A DNA stretch of 64,000 bases from Longimicrobiales bacterium (GTDB taxonomy: Bacteria > Gemmatimonadota > Gemmatimonadetes > Longimicrobiales > Gaopeijiaceae): assembly GCA_965204735.1 (NCBI GenBank), contig OZ242008.1:768001-832000 (forward strand). Reading direction: 5' to 3'. A model generated the notes under the pieces. The model was not told the origin of the DNA. It worked only from the letters and a program-made list of their open reading frames with translations, and did no database searches. Shown piece after piece: positions 9,601 to 19,913 of this stretch (position 1 is its first letter; each line of letters begins with the position of its first letter). The translations under genes were made by a program, and so were the position numbers.

Positions 9601-10223
9601 AGAGCGGCGACGCGCAGCTCCCAAGGCCGGTCGACGCTCCGCCCCCGACGGCGATCGTCTCGGCGCGGATCGAGACGCCCCTGGGGCCGATGGCGGCGAT
9701 GGTCCGCGACTGGGCCGTGTGCCTGCTCGAGTTCGCGGACCGGCCGATGCTCGAGACCCAGGTCGAGCGCGTTGCACGGCGGTTCGGCAGCGCGCCGACG
9801 CCGGGACGCCACCCCCTGCTCGACGCGCTGAAGGCGGAGCTGGACGAGTACTTCCGAGGCGAGAGGCGAGGGTTCGACGTGCCCTTGGCGCTCTCGGGGA
9901 CTCCGTTTCAGACGCGGGTGTGGCGGCTGCTGATGGATATCCCGTACGGCGACACGATCAGCTACGACGAGCTGGCGCGCAGGGCCGAGACGCCCGGGGG
10001 ACAGCGCGCGGTGGGTCGCGCCAACGGCGACAACAGGATCGCAGTCGTGATCCCCTGCCACCGGGTGGTTCGAGCGAGCGGAGATCTGGGAGGGTACGGC
10101 GGAGGACTCGACCGCAAGCGCCGTCTTCTTGCTCTGGAGCAGGAGCACGCGTCTCAGGGAACGCTCTTCGGGCAGCGCTCGCGCGCGGGGCGATCCCAGC
10201 CGGCAGATCACCCGGTCCCATAG
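9597..10223 (+). CDS. ogt: Methylated-DNA--protein-cysteine methyltransferase
   Basis: GTPFQ..VW..L..IPYG, RAVGRANG, active site IPCHRVV, GGYGGG. GTGA overlap with the upstream gene. Confidence 0.92.
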   Translation: MKSGDAQLPRPVDAPPPTAIVSARIETPLGPMAAMVRDWAVCLLEFADRPMLETQVERVARRFGSAPTPGRHPLLDALKAELDEYFRGERRGFDVPLALSGTPFQTRVWRLLMDIPYGDTISYDELARRAETPGGQRAVGRANGDNRIAVVIPCHRVVRASGDLGGYGGGLDRKRRLLALEQEHASQGTLFGQRSRAGRSQPADHPVP

Positions 10224-10786
10224 GAAAACCGGTCCGATTCCGGTCGCGCCAGCCACTCGGCCAGCGTCCCGGCGCTCCGATCCTTCGCCGACAGCAGCGC
10301 TGGCCCCGGCAAGGGCCAATCGATCCCCACGTCGGGATCGTCCCACCGAATCCCCGACTCGCAGGCCGGGTTGTAGGCGCCCGTGCACAGGTACTGGACC
10401 TCGGCCCACCGGCTCAGGGCGCAGAACCCTCGGGCGAACCCCGCCGGCGCCCACAGCTGGCGCTTGCACTCGGCCGACGCCTCGATCCCGACCCACCGCC
10501 CCAGCGTCGGCGAGCCCTTGCGGATGTCCACGGCCACCAGGAACACGCTGCCGAGAGTCGCCCGCATCATCTTCCCCATGGGGGGCTCCCACTGGAAGTG
10601 CAGCCCGCGAACGACGCCGCGCCGGGAACGGGAGTGGTTCTCCTGCACGAACGAGGGAGGCAGTCCGTGCTCTGCGAACCGGCGCCCGTTGAAGGCCTCG
10701 AAGAGGTGGCCCCGGTCGTCGGCGTGGACCCGGGGAGAGACGATCCGCACGTCGGGAACGTCCGTGGCCGCGACGATGAACGACAT
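10208..10786 (-). CDS. rfbC: dTDP-4-dehydrorhamnose 3,5-epimerase
   Basis: DDRG..FEAF, FVQENHSRS..GVVRGLHFQ, VDIRKGSPT, GIRWDDP, LSAKD. Confidence 0.93.
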   Translation of the reverse strand: MSFIVAATDVPDVRIVSPRVHADDRGHLFEAFNGRRFAEHGLPPSFVQENHSRSRRGVVRGLHFQWEPPMGKMMRATLGSVFLVAVDIRKGSPTLGRWVGIEASAECKRQLWAPAGFARGFCALSRWAEVQYLCTGAYNPACESGIRWDDPDVGIDWPLPGPALLSAKDRSAGTLAEWLARPESDRFSYGTG

Positions 10787-10910
10787 GATCGGGAATGTAA
10801 CCTCCGCTCGTGGCGGACTGGCTCCAGTCGCGTCACGCCTCGCCGGGCCGGTGCCCGGCCACGCGTGCGAGACCGCACGCCGCGGCTTGCGGCAGACCGT
10901 CCCCGCCGCG

Positions 10911-11927
10911 TCACGCCTCGCGAAGCGCCCGCAGGACCCGCAGGTTCTCCCGGTCGGAGGCGGTGGCGTCCGCGCCCTTGGGCGTCTCCAGCAGCTTGGG
11001 CACGTGGCGGAACCGCTCCCACTTCAAGAGGCGGCGAAACGGGGCCAAGCCCAGGGTGCCCCGACCGATGTGTTCGTGTCGGTCTCGCCGGGAAGCGAAG
11101 GGAGTCTTGGCGTCGTTGAGGTGGAAGAGCCCGATCCGCTCGGCCCCGAAGGCGTCGTCGACGTGGGCGACAACGCCCTCGAAGTCGTCTCGAAGGTCGT
11201 AGCCCGCGACCCAGGCGTGGCAGGTGTCGAAGCACACGCCCACTCGACCCTGCTGCGCCCGGGGGATCCTTCGGATGATCTGGCCCAGCTCCTCGAAGGA
11301 GCCTCCCACGGAGGTGCCCGCGCCGGCCGTCAGCTCCAGAAGGACGCGGGGGGCGGACGCTGCGACGGGGAGGGACGCCGCGACGGGGACGGACCGGTCC
11401 CGAGCCTCGGGCACGTCCGACTCGAACGCCGTCTCCAGCGCCCAAGCCACCGCGTCGGCGTTCCGGGCGATCCCGCTGGCCTTGTCGCCGTCCGTGGCGT
11501 TTCCGGGGTGGGTGACTACGGCGTCGAGCCCCAGCGTCGCGGCCCGCTCCAGCTCCCGCCGGAAGCACTCTGCCGACCTCCGCTGCAACGCCGCGTCCGG
11601 CGACGCCAAGTTGATCAGGTAGGAGTCGTGAACGGCGACGAACGCGGCGCCGGCTCGCTCGGCTTCCGCCCGGAAGCGGGCCGCCGCCTCTGGCGCGACC
11701 ACCGGGTCCTCCCACCGGCTGGGGGCCTTCGTGAAGATCTGGAAGACCACGGCGCCGATCTCCTCGGCCCGCCCCGGCGCCCTCCACGCGCCGCCGGCCG
11801 CCGAGACGTGGGCGCCGAGCTCGTCGACTGCCGCCGCGCCTCCGTCGTTCGCCGCGCCTCCGTCGTTCGCCGCGCCTCCGTCGTTCGCCGCACCTCCGTC
11901 GTTCGCCGCACCTCCGCTGTTCGTCAT
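10911..11927 (-). CDS. nfo: Endonuclease IV
   Basis: [58 protein letters not shown]. Confidence 0.93.
   Translation of the reverse strand: MTNSGGAANDGGAANDGGAANDGGAANDGGAAAVDELGAHVSAAGGAWRAPGRAEEIGAVVFQIFTKAPSRWEDPVVAPEAAARFRAEAERAGAAFVAVHDSYLINLASPDAALQRRSAECFRRELERAATLGLDAVVTHPGNATDGDKASGIARNADAVAWALETAFESDVPEARDRSVPVAASLPVAASAPRVLLELTAGAGTSVGGSFEELGQIIRRIPRAQQGRVGVCFDTCHAWVAGYDLRDDFEGVVAHVDDAFGAERIGLFHLNDAKTPFASRRDRHEHIGRGTLGLAPFRRLLKWERFRHVPKLLETPKGADATASDRENLRVLRALREA
11832..11917. repeat. 18-bp tandem repeat (about 4.8 copies) encoding (NDGGAA)n at the Nfo N-terminus
   Basis: The unit CGCCGC[G/A]CCTCCGTCGTT is repeated in tandem. Confidence 0.95.
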
Positions 11928-12065
11928 GGCTTGAAGCATAACCGAGCGTGGCCGACCTTCAGGACTTGACCACGGCCGAGCGAGGGGCGCTCCGCCGTCG
12001 TCCCGCCGTCCGGCACGGAACAGGCCCGTCGGCCCGTCTTGCGCACGCACGCGAGGAACCCCGCC

Positions 12066-12848
12066 ATGCCCGCAGACTCCCGAACCTCGCCGCCCGCGCC
12101 GCCGGTCGCGCTGGTGACCGGCGCTTCTTCGGGGATCGGCAGGGGACTTGCGGTCCGCTTGGCCCGCGAGGGCTGGGCCGTCGGCCTGGCGGCCCGGCGC
12201 GAGGCCCGGCTGGAAGAGGTTGCAGGCGACGTTCGCGACTACGACGGCGTCGCCTCCGTCCACGTCTGCGACGTCTCCGAGCCGGAGCAGGTGCGTCGCG
12301 CGGTGGCGGAGTGCCGGACGGCCCTGGGTCCCGTCGACCTGCTCGTCGCCAATGCGGGGATCGCCGCCCGCGCGCTCCCGGACGACCTGGACGCCGAAGA
12401 GGTGGAGCGGGTCTTCCGCGTCAACTTCATGGGCGCCGTGCACGCCGTCGAAGCCGTGCTCCCCGAGATGCTCCGCCGCCGGTCGGGCCACCTGGTCGCG
12501 GTGGCCAGCTTGGCGGGCTTCGGCGGGCTGCCGGGCCGCGCCGCCTACGGCGCTTCCAAGGCCGCCATGATCGCCTTCTTCGAGAGCTTGCGACTGGACC
12601 TCGGACCCCGTGGCGTGGCCGTGACGGTGGCGAACCCGGGCTTCGTGCGCACCGAGATGACCGAGGAGGACGACAGGCCGCGTCCCTTCATCGTGGACGC
12701 CGACCCCGCCGTCGACCGGATCGCAAGAGCCGTCCTGGCGCGCCGCCCGTCGGTCTCCTTTCCGTGGCAGGTGGCGTCGGCGGCGGCCCTGGCCCGCGCG
12801 CTCCCCCGCCGGGCCTACGACTTCCTTGCCAAGCGGGCGCCCAGTTGA
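12066..12848 (+). CDS. SDR family NAD(P)-dependent oxidoreductase
   Basis: TGASSGIG, VANAG, YGASK, PGFVRT. GAGGA RBS precedes ATG 12066. Confidence 0.92.
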   Translation: MPADSRTSPPAPPVALVTGASSGIGRGLAVRLAREGWAVGLAARREARLEEVAGDVRDYDGVASVHVCDVSEPEQVRRAVAECRTALGPVDLLVANAGIAARALPDDLDAEEVERVFRVNFMGAVHAVEAVLPEMLRRRSGHLVAVASLAGFGGLPGRAAYGASKAAMIAFFESLRLDLGPRGVAVTVANPGFVRTEMTEEDDRPRPFIVDADPAVDRIARAVLARRPSVSFPWQVASAAALARALPRRAYDFLAKRAPS

Positions 12849-13684
12849 CGGCCCGCCCCACCTCCCGACCGGGCCACTCCTACTTCGCGGGCGCCCCCCT
12901 CCTCATGGCCCACCGAGGCGGCGCCGCGCTGGCGCCCGAGAACACGATGGCGGCCTTCCGGCGCGCCGTGGACGAGTACGACGCCGACGTGCTGGAGATG
13001 GATGTGCGCCTGGCCGCCGACGGAAGCTTGGTGGTGATCCACGACGAGACCGTGGACCGCACCACCGACGGAACCGGCCTCGTGCGCGAGAAGAGTTGGC
13101 GCCAGCTGCGGCGGCTAGACGCCGGTTGCCGCTTCCGGGACCGATCCGGTGCTTTTCCCTTCCGGGGAAGAGGCGTGCGGCTGTGCCTCTTCGAAGAAGT
13201 GCTGGACGCCTTTCCGAACGTCCGCATCAACGTGGAGCCCAAGGCGGCGGAGGCGGCGGCGCCTCTTCTGGCTGCCGTCCGCTCCCATGGGGCCGCTCAT
13301 CGGGTGCTGGTCGGCGCCGTCTTCGAGGCCACGCGACGGGGCGCCCGCGGCCACGCCGGTCCCTGGGGCGCATCCCGCCGGCAGCTGGCGCCGTTCTGGT
13401 TTGCTTACCGGGTCCCTCTGCTCGGACGCTGGTACCTGCCTTCCGCCGACGCTTTCCAGGTCTCGGAGAGGTGGGGCTGGTTCCCGCTCCTGACCCCGTC
13501 TCTGGTGCGGGCGGCCCACCGGCGCAACATCCCGGTCCATGCATGGGTGGTCGACGATCCCGCCGACATGCGCCGCCTCCTGGCGTGGGGAGTGGACGGC
13601 ATCCAGACCGACCGCCCCGATCTGCTGGCCGACGTGCTCGCCGAAGCGGTCGGCCGGCCGCCGCCCGCCCGCCGACGGACGTGA
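12845..13684 (+). CDS. Glycerophosphodiester phosphodiesterase
   Basis: AHRGG..APENT..AF, EMDV, IHDETVDRTTDG, VHAWVVDD, GVDGIQTDRPD. TTG start is inferred. Confidence 0.92.
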   Translation: MTARPTSRPGHSYFAGAPLLMAHRGGAALAPENTMAAFRRAVDEYDADVLEMDVRLAADGSLVVIHDETVDRTTDGTGLVREKSWRQLRRLDAGCRFRDRSGAFPFRGRGVRLCLFEEVLDAFPNVRINVEPKAAEAAAPLLAAVRSHGAAHRVLVGAVFEATRRGARGHAGPWGASRRQLAPFWFAYRVPLLGRWYLPSADAFQVSERWGWFPLLTPSLVRAAHRRNIPVHAWVVDDPADMRRLLAWGVDGIQTDRPDLLADVLAEAVGRPPPARRRT

Positions 13685-15354
13685 CCGCGCCCGCCCGCCC
13701 GCCCGGCCCCGACCTGCCGGCCGCCGCCGACTCGACCGACCTGGCAGAGCGCTTTCGCGCCGGCCTCGCAAAGGCGGAGTGGCCGAAGGAAGCCCCCGCC
13801 GTGGTCGTGGGCGTCTCCGGCGGCCTGGACTCCATGACGCTGCTCCACCTCTTCCTCCGCCTCCGGCGCAGTGCTCGCCGACGGCCCGCCTTCCCCGAGA
13901 TCGTCGCCGCGCACCTGGACCATCGCATGAGCCCCGGGAGCGCCGCCGTGGCCCAGTGGGTGGCAGACACGTGCGAAGAGTGGGGCGTGCCGTGCCGTAC
14001 GGGGGCCGTGCCGTCGCCGCCAAGGTCGGAAGCCGAGGGACGGAGCCTCCGCTACCGCTTCTTCGAGGAGACGAGAAGGGAAGCGGGACCGGGAGCGGTC
14101 GCGGCGACGGGCCACACCGCCGACGACCAGGCGGAGACGGTCCTCTTCCGGATCGCCCGGGGCGCCGGTCCCCGGGGCATGACGGCGGTCCTTCCCGAAC
14201 GGCCGCCCGGCGTCGTTCGGCCACTGCTTCCCTTCTGGCGCCGCGAGCTGGCCGCCTACGCGGCCGAGCACCGCATCCCCTTCCGCGAAGACCCCACCAA
14301 CCGCGACCTGCGCTGGACCCGCAACCGCCTTCGCCACGAGGTGCTGCCCGCCCTGGAGGACGCGGTCCCCGGCGCCGCGTCGGCGCTGGCGGCCCTGGCA
14401 GCCGCCTCCCGGACGCACGTCGAAGCCCTGGACCACCTCCTGGACGACCAGATCGCGGCCCTTGGCGCCCGCGGCACGTCGGCGTCGCGGGCCACGGACT
14501 CGACTTCCCACCTCCTGGACGGCCAGATCGCGGCTCTCGCCGCCCGCGCCCGCTCGTCGTCCGCTGCTCCCGCCCCGCCCGCCGGCGCCTGCCCCGAGCC
14601 CATGGCCCGCCCCGCTCCGGTTCCCCCCACCGGCTTCGACCTGGACCACCACAGGCTTCTGGCCCTCCCCGACGCCGTCGTGGCCCAGGCCCTGCGTCGC
14701 GCCGTCCTGCGACTGGGCGGACGGCTTGGGCGCGCCGCCACCCGCGACCTCCTCCGCTTCGCCAAGGAGTCCCAGAGCGGGCGACGGATCGCCGTGCCCG
14801 GAGGCGTGACCGTGACCCGCGACCTGGATCGCCTCCGGATCGAGGTCGGCGATCCGCCCGCCGCCTCGCTCGAGCACCCCGCCGTCCAAGAGGTCGTCGT
14901 CGCAGGCGGCAAGGGAGAAGGGCGCTTTGCGAAGGGAAGGCTGGAGGTCCACGCGGCCTGGGGTCCCGCGCCCCCCGCCGACTTCCCCTTCGTTGCGCCG
15001 TTTGTTCCCGGGGAAGTACGATTCCCCTTGGCCGTGCGCCCCTGGCGTCCCGGCGACCGGATCGAAGCCCGCTGCGGCAAGAAGAAGGTCAAGAAGCTCC
15101 TCCTGGAGGCGCGTATCCCGACCGACCGGCGAACCGGCTATCCCGTCCTAGCGGACGCGACCGGCAAGCTCCTGTGGGTGCCCGGAGCGGCGGACCCCGA
15201 GCTTCCGCCCCCGGCCGGCGCCCCGCGCTGGGTGGGCGTCCGAATCCGAGACCTGGCCGACGCCCGGGCCAAGCCGGCCCCCTCGTCGGCGCCGGATCCC
15301 CAGTGCCCGCCGGACTCCTCCGGGGCCGCCTCGTTCCGCCCCGCCGCGCAGTGA
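13681..15354 (+). CDS. tilS: tRNA(Ile)-lysidine synthetase
   Basis: PP-loop SGGLDS, HLDH, GHTADDQAET, EDPTN, RNRLRH, C-terminal RPWRPGD..KKVKKLL. Synteny with hpt-ftsH. Confidence 0.93.
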   Translation: MTAPARPPGPDLPAAADSTDLAERFRAGLAKAEWPKEAPAVVVGVSGGLDSMTLLHLFLRLRRSARRRPAFPEIVAAHLDHRMSPGSAAVAQWVADTCEEWGVPCRTGAVPSPPRSEAEGRSLRYRFFEETRREAGPGAVAATGHTADDQAETVLFRIARGAGPRGMTAVLPERPPGVVRPLLPFWRRELAAYAAEHRIPFREDPTNRDLRWTRNRLRHEVLPALEDAVPGAASALAALAAASRTHVEALDHLLDDQIAALGARGTSASRATDSTSHLLDGQIAALAARARSSSAAPAPPAGACPEPMARPAPVPPTGFDLDHHRLLALPDAVVAQALRRAVLRLGGRLGRAATRDLLRFAKESQSGRRIAVPGGVTVTRDLDRLRIEVGDPPAASLEHPAVQEVVVAGGKGEGRFAKGRLEVHAAWGPAPPADFPFVAPFVPGEVRFPLAVRPWRPGDRIEARCGKKKVKKLLLEARIPTDRRTGYPVLADATGKLLWVPGAADPELPPPAGAPRWVGVRIRDLADARAKPAPSSAPDPQCPPDSSGAASFRPAAQ

Positions 15355-15911
15355 CCGCCGCCGCCCGCGAAGCCTTCGCCCGCAGCCAGCTGGGAGACGG
15401 TCGGCTTCGTCGAATCGTCTTCACCGAAGCGGCGATTCAAGGGCGAGTGGCCGAGATGGGCCGCCAGATCGGCGCCGCCTACCCCCGGGGGGCGGAGCTT
15501 CTGATCCTGGGGCTGCTGAAGGGATCGTTCATCTTCATCGCCGACCTCGTGCGCCGCATTCCGCGCCCCATCCAGGTCGACTTCATCCGAGTCTCCAGCT
15601 ACGGAAGCGGAACCGTCAGCAGCGGAGAGGTCCGTCTTCTCTACGACCCGCGAGCAAACCTGGAAGGCCGAAGTGTTATCCTTACAGAAGACATCGTGGA
15701 CAGCGGGAAGACCATGAACCACTTGCTCCCGTTGCTGCTGGAGAGGAATCCGGCGAGCCTCGAAGTCTGCACCCTGCTCCACAAGCGTCGGGCTCGCCTC
15801 TTCATGGAGCCCCGCTGGGTCGGCTTCGACGCGCCCGACGAGTTCCTCGTGGGCTACGGGCTGGGGCACGGCGAGGACTACCGGCACCTTCCCTGCATCG
15901 GATCCATCTGA
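15351..15911 (+). CDS. hpt: Hypoxanthine phosphoribosyltransferase
   Basis: GLLKGSFIF, VSSYG, PRPP motif EDIVDSGKT, FLVGYGL. Confidence 0.95.
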   Translation: MTAAAREAFARSQLGDGRLRRIVFTEAAIQGRVAEMGRQIGAAYPRGAELLILGLLKGSFIFIADLVRRIPRPIQVDFIRVSSYGSGTVSSGEVRLLYDPRANLEGRSVILTEDIVDSGKTMNHLLPLLLERNPASLEVCTLLHKRRARLFMEPRWVGFDAPDEFLVGYGLGHGEDYRHLPCIGSI

Positions 15912-15943
15912 TCGCCGGACGGCTCCAGCTGAACAAGGCTAGC

Positions 15944-18076
15944 ATGGCAGACGAGAAGCCTTCCAAGAAGAAGGCCGGAACGAAGATCGACTCGTCCCCC
16001 GACGCGCTCGGCGGCGAAGTTGCGGGCGAGACGGACGCGAAGGCCGGCAAGAAGCCCCAGAAGAAGGCCGACGCGAAGCCCGAGAAGAAAGCCGACAAGA
16101 AGCCCGAGAAGGCTGCCGGCGGCTCGAAGCTCTCGGGAGCGTCCCGGGCGGCGTCGTTCTGGATATTCCTCGCCCTGATGTCCGTGCTGGCGTTCCAGTT
16201 CATGCGCCAGTCCGACGAGCGCGCCAACGAGCTTCACCTCTCCGTCTTCCACCGGGAGATCGAGGCCCAAAACATCCTGAAGGTCACCTTCTTCGGAGAG
16301 AGCCGGGTCGAAGGCGAGCTGAAGAACACGATCACCCTGCCCTCCGGCGCCGACGTCCACGAGTTCCGGACCAACTTGGTGCCAGGGGCCGCCGTCGGAC
16401 TGGAGGAGAAGCTTCGGGCCCAGGACGTGGAGATCACCGCCAAGCCCCAAGGCACGGCTTGGTGGGGAGTCCTCCTGGGCTTCCTGCCGTGGCTCCTCAT
16501 CATCGCCTTCTGGATATGGATCGTGCGCTCGATCCAGAGCGGCGGGAACAAGGCGTTCCAATTTGGGCGCTCCCGGGCCAAGCTGATCAGCCCGGACAAG
16601 CCGCAAGTCGACTTCGGCGACGTGGCCGGGGCGGAGGAAGCCAAGGACGAGCTGGAGGAGATCGTCGAGTTCCTCAAGGACCCGCCGCAGTACTCCAGGC
16701 TCGGGGGGCGCCTCCCCAAGGGCGTTCTGCTGGTGGGCCCCCCTGGGACGGGCAAGACCCTTCTGGCCCGGGCGGTGGCCGGCGAGGCGGGGCGCCCCTT
16801 CTTCCAGATGTCGGGCTCCGACTTCGTGGAGATGTTCGTCGGCGTGGGGGCGTCGCGGGTGCGGGACCTCTTCGAGCAGGGGAAGGCCCACGCCCCGTGC
16901 ATCATCTTCGTTGACGAGATCGACGCCGTGGGGCGCCACCGCGGGGCCGGACTGGGGGGCGGCCACGACGAACGGGAACAGACCCTCAACGCCCTCCTCG
17001 TCCAGATGGACGGCTTCGAGGCCAACGAGGGGGTCATCCTCCTGGCCGCCACGAACCGCCCGGACGTGCTGGACCCCGCCCTCCTCCGTCCGGGCCGCTT
17101 CGACCGCCAAGTGGTGGTGGACCTGCCGGACCTGAAGGGCCGCGAAGGCATCCTTCGCGTCCACGCCAAGCAGCTTCCCCTGGACGAGGACGTGGAGCTG
17201 TCGCTGGTCGCCCGGGGGACCCCGGGGCTGAGCGGCGCCGACCTCTCCAACATCTGCAACGAGGCCGCCCTCTTCGCGGCCCGCCGAGGCGTGGACCGGG
17301 TGGGCATGGAGGACTTCGAGCAGGCCAAGGACAAGGTCATGCTCGGTGCCGAGCGGAAGAGCATGGTCCTCAACGAGTCGGAGCGGAAGCTGACCGCCTA
17401 CCACGAGGCCGGCCACGCCGTGATCGGCGTGAAGATCCCAGGACTGGATCCGGTCCACAAGGTGACGATCGTTCCCAGGGGGCGGGCGCTGGGAATCACG
17501 GCCTCGCTTCCCGAGGAGGACCGCCACTCCTACACCCGGCACTGGATGAACGGCCAGCTGGCGATGCTCTTCGGCGGGCGGGTGGCGGAGGAGACGGCGT
17601 TCGGCCCGGAGAAGGTCACCACGGGCGCCGGCAACGACATCGAGCGGGCCACGGCCATGGCCCGGCGCATGGTCACGCGCTTCGGCATGTCGGACCGGAT
17701 CGGCCTCATGGCCGTGGGCGACTCGGAGCACGAGGTCTTCCTGGGGCGGGAGCTCGTGCAGCGCCGCGAGGTCTCGGAGCACACCGCGCGCCAAGTGGAC
17801 AAAGAGGTGAAGCGCATCCTGGACGACGCCCACGCCCGGGCAAGAGACGTCATCGAGGACAATCGGGAGCTGCTGGAGACGATCGCGGCGGCCCTGCTGG
17901 ACCGGGAGACGCTGGACGGAGACGAGATCGGAATGCTCGTGGAGGGGAAGGAGCTTCCGCCCCTCGTCGTGGAGTCCGAGCAGGACCAGCTCCAGCTGGA
18001 GCTTCCCGGCGCCGAGTCCCGGGCGCCCGTCAAGCCGGTCCTGGGCGTCTCCGAACCCCTGCCCGCCCCTGGGTAG
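15944..18076 (+). CDS. ftsH: ATP-dependent zinc metalloprotease FtsH
   Basis: Two TM helices, [28 protein letters not shown]. Confidence 0.98.
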   Translation: MADEKPSKKKAGTKIDSSPDALGGEVAGETDAKAGKKPQKKADAKPEKKADKKPEKAAGGSKLSGASRAASFWIFLALMSVLAFQFMRQSDERANELHLSVFHREIEAQNILKVTFFGESRVEGELKNTITLPSGADVHEFRTNLVPGAAVGLEEKLRAQDVEITAKPQGTAWWGVLLGFLPWLLIIAFWIWIVRSIQSGGNKAFQFGRSRAKLISPDKPQVDFGDVAGAEEAKDELEEIVEFLKDPPQYSRLGGRLPKGVLLVGPPGTGKTLLARAVAGEAGRPFFQMSGSDFVEMFVGVGASRVRDLFEQGKAHAPCIIFVDEIDAVGRHRGAGLGGGHDEREQTLNALLVQMDGFEANEGVILLAATNRPDVLDPALLRPGRFDRQVVVDLPDLKGREGILRVHAKQLPLDEDVELSLVARGTPGLSGADLSNICNEAALFAARRGVDRVGMEDFEQAKDKVMLGAERKSMVLNESERKLTAYHEAGHAVIGVKIPGLDPVHKVTIVPRGRALGITASLPEEDRHSYTRHWMNGQLAMLFGGRVAEETAFGPEKVTTGAGNDIERATAMARRMVTRFGMSDRIGLMAVGDSEHEVFLGRELVQRREVSEHTARQVDKEVKRILDDAHARARDVIEDNRELLETIAAALLDRETLDGDEIGMLVEGKELPPLVVESEQDQLQLELPGAESRAPVKPVLGVSEPLPAPG

Positions 18077-18122
18077 GATCGCCCGCGTACGTCCCGGGTC
18101 CCGGCGGAGCTCCCCGGAGGCG

Positions 18123-18926
18123 CTACTCCAGGCCCTCCGCTCCCTCCATCCGCACTCCCGCCCTGGGAATGGACCGCTCCAGGATCTCCCGGAGCCGGGC
18201 CGCCTCCACCCCCACCTCGATCCGCCCCCGCCGCGCAACGGAGATGCGCGCCGTCTCCTCGCTCACCACGATCACCACCGCGTCGGTCTCTTCGCTGAGC
18301 CCGATCGCCGCCCGGTGCCGGGTGCCCAGCGACCTGTCGCCCACGGGGTTCTGGGTCAGGGGCAGGATCACCCGGGCGGTCTGTATCTCGTCCCCGACGA
18401 CGATCGCCGCCCCGTCGTGAAGCGGAGACTGGGGCGCGAAGATCGAACGGAGGAGCTCCGGCGACAGCTTGGCGCCCACGCGGCTCCCGGACCGGGCGTA
18501 GTCCCGGAGGCCCGTCTCCCGCTGAACCGCCAGGATCGCGCCGACCCGCGCCCGGGCGAGCTGGACCGCCCCCTCGACGATCCCGTCCACGATCTTGGTC
18601 TCGCGGGCGGGAGTCAGCAGTCCCACCAGCCGGCTCTCGCCCAGACGCGCCAGCGCGGCCCGCATCTCGGGCTGGAACACCACCAGCGCGGCGATCGCCC
18701 CGTACTGGAAGATGTTCTCGACCAGCCGGCGGATCACGGAGAAGTCCAGGACCACCGCCAGCAGGTGGAGGGCTCCCAGAAGGAGGACTCCCAGGAGCAT
18801 CTGCATGGCGCGGGTCTCCCGGATCAGCAGCAGGATCCGATAGACGAGCAGGAAGACCACGGCGATCTCCGCCAAGTCGCCCCACCCGGGCCGCAGGAAG
18901 TCCAGCTGCCGGAGGATCCCGTTCAC
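18123..18926 (-). CDS. cdaA: Diadenylate cyclase CdaA (DAC/DisA_N)
   Basis: Three N-terminal TM helices, VVFQPE, PLHDGA, GTRHRAA, VVSEETA. GTG start follows GAGGA. Confidence 0.92.
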   Translation of the reverse strand: MNGILRQLDFLRPGWGDLAEIAVVFLLVYRILLLIRETRAMQMLLGVLLLGALHLLAVVLDFSVIRRLVENIFQYGAIAALVVFQPEMRAALARLGESRLVGLLTPARETKIVDGIVEGAVQLARARVGAILAVQRETGLRDYARSGSRVGAKLSPELLRSIFAPQSPLHDGAAIVVGDEIQTARVILPLTQNPVGDRSLGTRHRAAIGLSEETDAVVIVVSEETARISVARRGRIEVGVEAARLREILERSIPRAGVRMEGAEGLE

Positions 18927-18962
18927 GGTGCCGCCTGTCCTCTCACGGTGCCGCCTGTCCTC
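18923..18962. repeat. Perfect 20-bp tandem duplication spanning the cdaA RBS and start codon
   Basis: TCACGGTGCCGCCTGTCCTC x2. Confidence 0.95.
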
Positions 18963-18998
18963 CCGCCCTGTCGCCGAGGTGCCTTCCAAGATAACTTG

Positions 18999-19027
18999 TT
19001 GACCCTGGCGGGGCGGCGTCCTACATT
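18999..19027 (+). promoter_or_regulatory. Sigma70-type promoter for the exbB-exbD-exbD-tonB operon
   Basis: TTGACC-N17-TACATT. Confidence 0.75.
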
Positions 19028-19129
19028 GGCGCAGCTTCGCAGCCGGCCCGCCGTTTCCCCCGGGAGACGCCGGGACGCCCCCGAGCCGAGAGAGACGGAG
19101 AAGGACGCTTCCACTCCTGGAGCCCAGAC

Positions 19130-19795
19130 TTGGACAACAGCTACGAGCTACTCACCCTCTTCGCCGACGGCGGGCTCATGATGTACCCCCTCGTCATCTG
19201 TTCGCTGATCGGCCTGGGCGTCATCATCGCCAAGGCGTGGACCCTGTGGCTCGCCCACCGCAGCACGGTCGCGGTGCTCCAGCAGGTGGAGGAGGCCGCG
19301 ACGGCCGGACGCTTGGACGAGGCGGCGGAGATCGCGGCGTCCACGCCGGGACCCGCCGCCGCCATCCTCTTGGCCGGACTTCGGCGGATCAAGAACCTGA
19401 CGGTGGCCGAGGGAGAGCTGGAGCAGGTGATCTCCACGGCGGGAACGATCGAGCTCAGCTTCCTGGAGCGGGGCTTGGTGATCCTGGCGACGGTCGCCAA
19501 CGTGGCGCCCCTGATGGGCTTCCTGGGAACCGTGGCCGGCATGATCCTGGCGTTCTCCGCCATCGAGCGCGCCGGCAGCGTGGACCCGGGGCTCGTGGCC
19601 GGCGGGATCAAGGTGGCGCTCCTCACCACGGCGGCGGGGCTGACGATCGCCATTCCGGTGAACATCGGCTACAACTTCTTCGTGACGCGGATCGACAAGC
19701 TGATCGTGGAGATGGAACAGAGCACCCAGAAGATCCTCAACATCGCGTGGGACATGGAGCGCGACGGGAAGTTGCAGGTGCTCTCGCAGGGATAG
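19130..19795 (+). CDS. exbB: MotA/TolQ/ExbB proton channel protein
   Basis: GGLMMYPL, APLMGFLGTVAGMI, AGGIKVALLTTAAGL. Confidence 0.92.
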   Translation: MDNSYELLTLFADGGLMMYPLVICSLIGLGVIIAKAWTLWLAHRSTVAVLQQVEEAATAGRLDEAAEIAASTPGPAAAILLAGLRRIKNLTVAEGELEQVISTAGTIELSFLERGLVILATVANVAPLMGFLGTVAGMILAFSAIERAGSVDPGLVAGGIKVALLTTAAGLTIAIPVNIGYNFFVTRIDKLIVEMEQSTQKILNIAWDMERDGKLQVLSQG

Positions 19796-19825
19796 ACCGT
19801 CGAGGCCGAGGTCGGGGGAGAAGCA

Positions 19826-19852
19826 GGGAACCCCGGAGACCTTGACGGCGTA
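19826..19852 (+). promoter_or_regulatory. Candidate ECF-sigma promoter GGGAACC-N14-GGCGTA, internal, upstream of exbD
   Basis: Matches the motifs at 4523 and 30746. Confidence 0.45.
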
Positions 19853-19913
19853 GAAGGAACAGACGGGGAAAGCAGCCGGCGAAACCACGGAAAACCAAGC
19901 GGAGGTCATCCAA

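Noticed and set aside
17980..18010. QLQLEL in the FtsH tail as a clamp-binding motif
   Set aside because: Weak match in a low-complexity tail of a membrane protease, with no supporting context.
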